This document shows, piece by piece, positions 61,635 through 64,000 of a DNA stretch of 64,000 nt. How positions within the stretch are numbered: position 1 is the stretch's first letter; each line of letters begins with the position of its first letter. The stretch is from Pyrinomonadaceae bacterium (GTDB taxonomy: Bacteria > Acidobacteriota > Blastocatellia > Pyrinomonadales > Pyrinomonadaceae). A model generated the notes under the pieces. It did not search any database. It was not told the DNA's origin and was given only the letters and a program-made list of their open reading frames with translations. The stretch covers positions 197,182 through 261,181 of the forward strand of contig DASVPO010000009.1 of assembly GCA_036382855.1 (NCBI GenBank), given 5' to 3'. The position numbers and the translations under genes are program-made.

Positions 61635-62291
61635 ATGACAAACAAGCTGCGTGTCTTTCTCGCCGACGACCACGCCGTGCTCCGCGAAGGATTGAAGATG
61701 CTTGTCAACGCGCAGGCCGACATGGAGTGTGTCGGTGAAGCGTCGGACGGGCGCGCGGCCGTCCAGGGCGTGAGCGAGCTTCTGCCCGACGTGGCCGTGC
61801 TCGACGTTTCGATGCCGGAACTAAACGGCTTGAAGGCGACCAAGCGCATCAGGCAGTGTTGCCCGGAGGCAAAAATCCTGACCCTCACGCGCCACACAGA
61901 CGACGGCTACCTGCAACAACTTCTCAAGGCGGGCGTTAATGGCTACGTTCTCAAGCAGAGCGCATCAGCAGTGCTCCTGTCAGCTATCCGCGCCGTCGCC
62001 TCCGGCCAGACCTTCCTCGACCCGGCCCTCACGAGCAAGGTCGTCGGCAGCTACGTCGCAAAGTCTGCCAGCAAAGGCATCACGCCGCAGAACGAACCGA
62101 GCGCGCGTGAACGCGAAGTGCTGCGCATGATCGCATGGGGCTACAGCAACAAGGAGATTGCCGCGCGCTTAGACTTGAGCGTTAAAACGGTCGAAGTCCA
62201 CAAGGCCAACGCCATGCGCAAGCTCTGTATGACAAGCCGCATAGACATCGTGCGCTACGCCATTCTTCAGGGGTGGTTGCAGGATACATGA
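61635..62291 (+). CDS. NarL/LuxR-family response regulator
   Basis: REC RVFLADDHAVLREGL...VAVLDVSMPELNG. C-terminal LuxR HTH EREVLRMIAWGYSNKEIAARLDLSVKTVEVH. Confidence 0.88.
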   Translation: MTNKLRVFLADDHAVLREGLKMLVNAQADMECVGEASDGRAAVQGVSELLPDVAVLDVSMPELNGLKATKRIRQCCPEAKILTLTRHTDDGYLQQLLKAGVNGYVLKQSASAVLLSAIRAVASGQTFLDPALTSKVVGSYVAKSASKGITPQNEPSAREREVLRMIAWGYSNKEIAARLDLSVKTVEVHKANAMRKLCMTSRIDIVRYAILQGWLQDT

Positions 62292-62520
62292 AGCCGCCCG
62301 CGTTGCAGCTCCGGCTGTACACGTCAGTTTTTGTCCACGCTTTACAGCCTTAAAGCCATCGCCTGATTCTCTTCACACAGCATCCGTAACACGCTCCAAA
62401 GTTTCTCAAAACATCTTCAACAATTACGGAGCAGGGTCGGCATCAACTTTGCTTCTCAGCTTCAGCAGTTCTTTTTGCTGCATCTGAACGGTTCATCCAA
62501 ACTCGAAGTTGAGGTGAAGC

Positions 62521-62724
62521 ATGTATTTTCTAAATACAGCGCGCACACTTTGCCACATGATTGAAGATCTTAGAACAGGCCAGGCTCCTGACCCGTGCGG
62601 CTCAAGAGCTAATAAGCTGGACATACTGCAATACCACGAAGGCAAGCCAAACAAACTTCTGGCCGAGAAGCCAACAAACATTCCTCTCTGTAAACACTGC
62701 GAAAAGGGTATTGCGGCTCGCTAG
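62521..62724 (+). CDS. small hypothetical ORF in a low-GC segment
   Basis: 67 aa with CxxxxxxxxxxxC and CKHC motifs. Lies in a ~500-bp AT-richer stretch just 3' of tRNA-Asn. Coding status uncertain. Confidence 0.2.
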   Translation: MYFLNTARTLCHMIEDLRTGQAPDPCGSRANKLDILQYHEGKPNKLLAEKPTNIPLCKHCEKGIAAR

Positions 62725-62761
62725 TCCAAGAGAATGAGCGCGCTCAAAGGTAAGGAAAGGG

Positions 62762-62793
62762 AAAACGAAAAAGGGCAACTGTTTTAGTTGCCC
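62762..62793 (-). terminator. rho-independent terminator of tRNA-Asn
   Basis: GGGCAACTAAAACAGTTGCCC followed by TTTTTCGTTTT on the minus strand. Confidence 0.65.
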
Positions 62794-62813
62794 TCATTCA
62801 TTTCAGATGTTAA

Positions 62814-62885
<72 letters not shown>

Positions 62886-63135
62886 ATACGCGCCCCATGC
62901 AAGCTTTAGCTAGTAAAGCCTGCTGGGGCGCGAAGCGTTTTTATAGCAGAAGGGTTGTGGGAGCGTCAAGCAGTGGGAGATGTAGAAGGCGCTGGCAAAG
63001 AGGGCTGAGGGGCGGAATTGGCTTGCGCGGCGACGAGAAGTGAGAGAATATCTCGCCACTCGATTTAGTTAGACAAGCAGTGAAGAGGTTCTACCATTTT
63101 GCCACGCGCGTCGCGTGAGCTAGGAGAGTGTTTGC

Positions 63136-63867
63136 ATGGAGCGCCGGACGACCAGTTGGTATAGTCACAATCTGGGAATGGAGATGCCGCTTGTGGCTTA
63201 CGGGCATGCGGGCTATCCGTTGTTGATGTTTCCCACTGCTGCCGCAGATTATCTGGAGTATGAGCGGTTTCATCTCATTGACGCAATCAAACATTTAATC
63301 GAAGCCGGGCGCGTGCGTGCCTTTTCGATTAACAGCGTCAACCGTTATAGCCTGCTGAACGAGCAGGCTCCGCCAAACGTGAAAGCAGAATTGCTGACGC
63401 GTTATGACCGCTACGTGACGGACGAAGTGTTGCCCTTGATTCGCAACGAGGTCGGAGACGGCGCGCGTCCTATCACGACGGGCGCGAGCCTCGGCGCATT
63501 CCTTTCGGCCAACGCTTACTTTCGTCACCCCGATTTGCTGCGCGGCGTTATCGCGATGAGCGGCAGCTACGACGTGCGCTCTTATCTAAAAGGCTATTCG
63601 GACGACAACGTTTATTTCAACAACCCTGCCGACTACCTGCCAAACCTGAACGACGATTACTACCTTCCGCTGCTTCGTCGTGCCGATGCAATCTTCATCC
63701 TCTCAGGACAGGGAGCCTACGAAGCGCCGGAGCGCAGCAGAAAATTGTCGGAGATTTTGACTGCCAGAGGAATCCCGCACACGCTCGATTTGTGGGGACA
63801 CGACGTAAACCACGACTGGCCCTGGTGGCGCAAGATGCTGCCTTACTATTTAGAGAAGCTGTTTTAA
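63136..63867 (+). CDS. esterase family protein (alpha/beta hydrolase, PF00756-like)
   Basis: GASLGAFLSANAYFRHPD nucleophile-elbow context. 243 aa. Confidence 0.7.
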   Translation: MERRTTSWYSHNLGMEMPLVAYGHAGYPLLMFPTAAADYLEYERFHLIDAIKHLIEAGRVRAFSINSVNRYSLLNEQAPPNVKAELLTRYDRYVTDEVLPLIRNEVGDGARPITTGASLGAFLSANAYFRHPDLLRGVIAMSGSYDVRSYLKGYSDDNVYFNNPADYLPNLNDDYYLPLLRRADAIFILSGQGAYEAPERSRKLSEILTARGIPHTLDLWGHDVNHDWPWWRKMLPYYLEKLF

Positions 63868-63947
63868 ATGATGAACGCGGAACGATGAACGATAAAGTAC
63901 TAAGCAGTTGTTTGTCATTCATCGTTCATCGTTCCGCGTTCATCATT
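63867..63947. repeat. heptamer-tandem hairpin element, family D (GATGAAC/GCGGAAC units), perfect 27-bp stem
   Basis: AATGATGAACGCGGAACGATGAACGAT ... ATCGTTCATCGTTCCGCGTTCATCATT. Begins at the esterase stop codon. Confidence 0.8.
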
Positions 63948-64000
63948 TCGTTACGGTTCGTCGTTGCCCTTCTTCCCTTTTTTCTTAGCGGGTTCGACTT

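Overview
This is a high-GC (~60%) bacterial chromosomal window of about 50 protein-coding genes, one tRNA-Asn and no transposase, integrase or CRISPR array. Several genes (sigma-54 regulator, PilZ, TPR-CHAT, flotillin) are seen in Acidobacteria-like organisms, but the organism cannot be determined from sequence alone. Gene content in order: a tryptophan-to-anthranilate (kynurenine) catabolic cluster (kynU, kynA, aryl-CoA ligase, hot-dog thioesterase) next to a divergently transcribed Old Yellow Enzyme flavoprotein. Then a long block of signalling and effector genes all on the minus strand: a membrane polyferredoxin/HEAT/cNMP-binding fusion protein, a TPR-CHAT caspase-like protein, a secreted CxxCH protein, a sigma-54 two-component pair and a TM-HD-GYP-GAF-GGDEF protein. 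After that: transporters (MFS, OPT), a PilZ protein, an M14 peptidase, a flotillin-like protein with a triplicated N-terminal repeat, a UbiB kinase, ribF, mazG, a cluster of peptidases (M48, DUF885, JAMM), and an operon of gamma-CA, hisS, a DinB-like gene, aspS and an acyl-CoA dehydrogenase. The last part holds a B12-binding-domain protein paired with an ABM monooxygenase, a MarR-pirin-WrbA detox module with duplicated operator boxes, a chimeric CheB-CheR_N-GAF-PAS histidine kinase with a LuxR regulator, and an esterase. The most unusual structure read directly from the sequence is a set of intergenic hairpin elements built from tandem 7-nt units. Six copies use GTGATGA/GTAATGA units and three more use the same design with different heptamers. 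They sit between co-directional genes and often embed the upstream stop codon and end within a few nucleotides of the next start codon. A related heptamer array lies in-frame inside the 3' end of aspS. No recognisable defence island or mobile element was found. The most system-like candidates are the heptamer-hairpin family, the signalling block with TPR-CHAT and the cNMP-ferredoxin fusion, and the B12/ABM pair.
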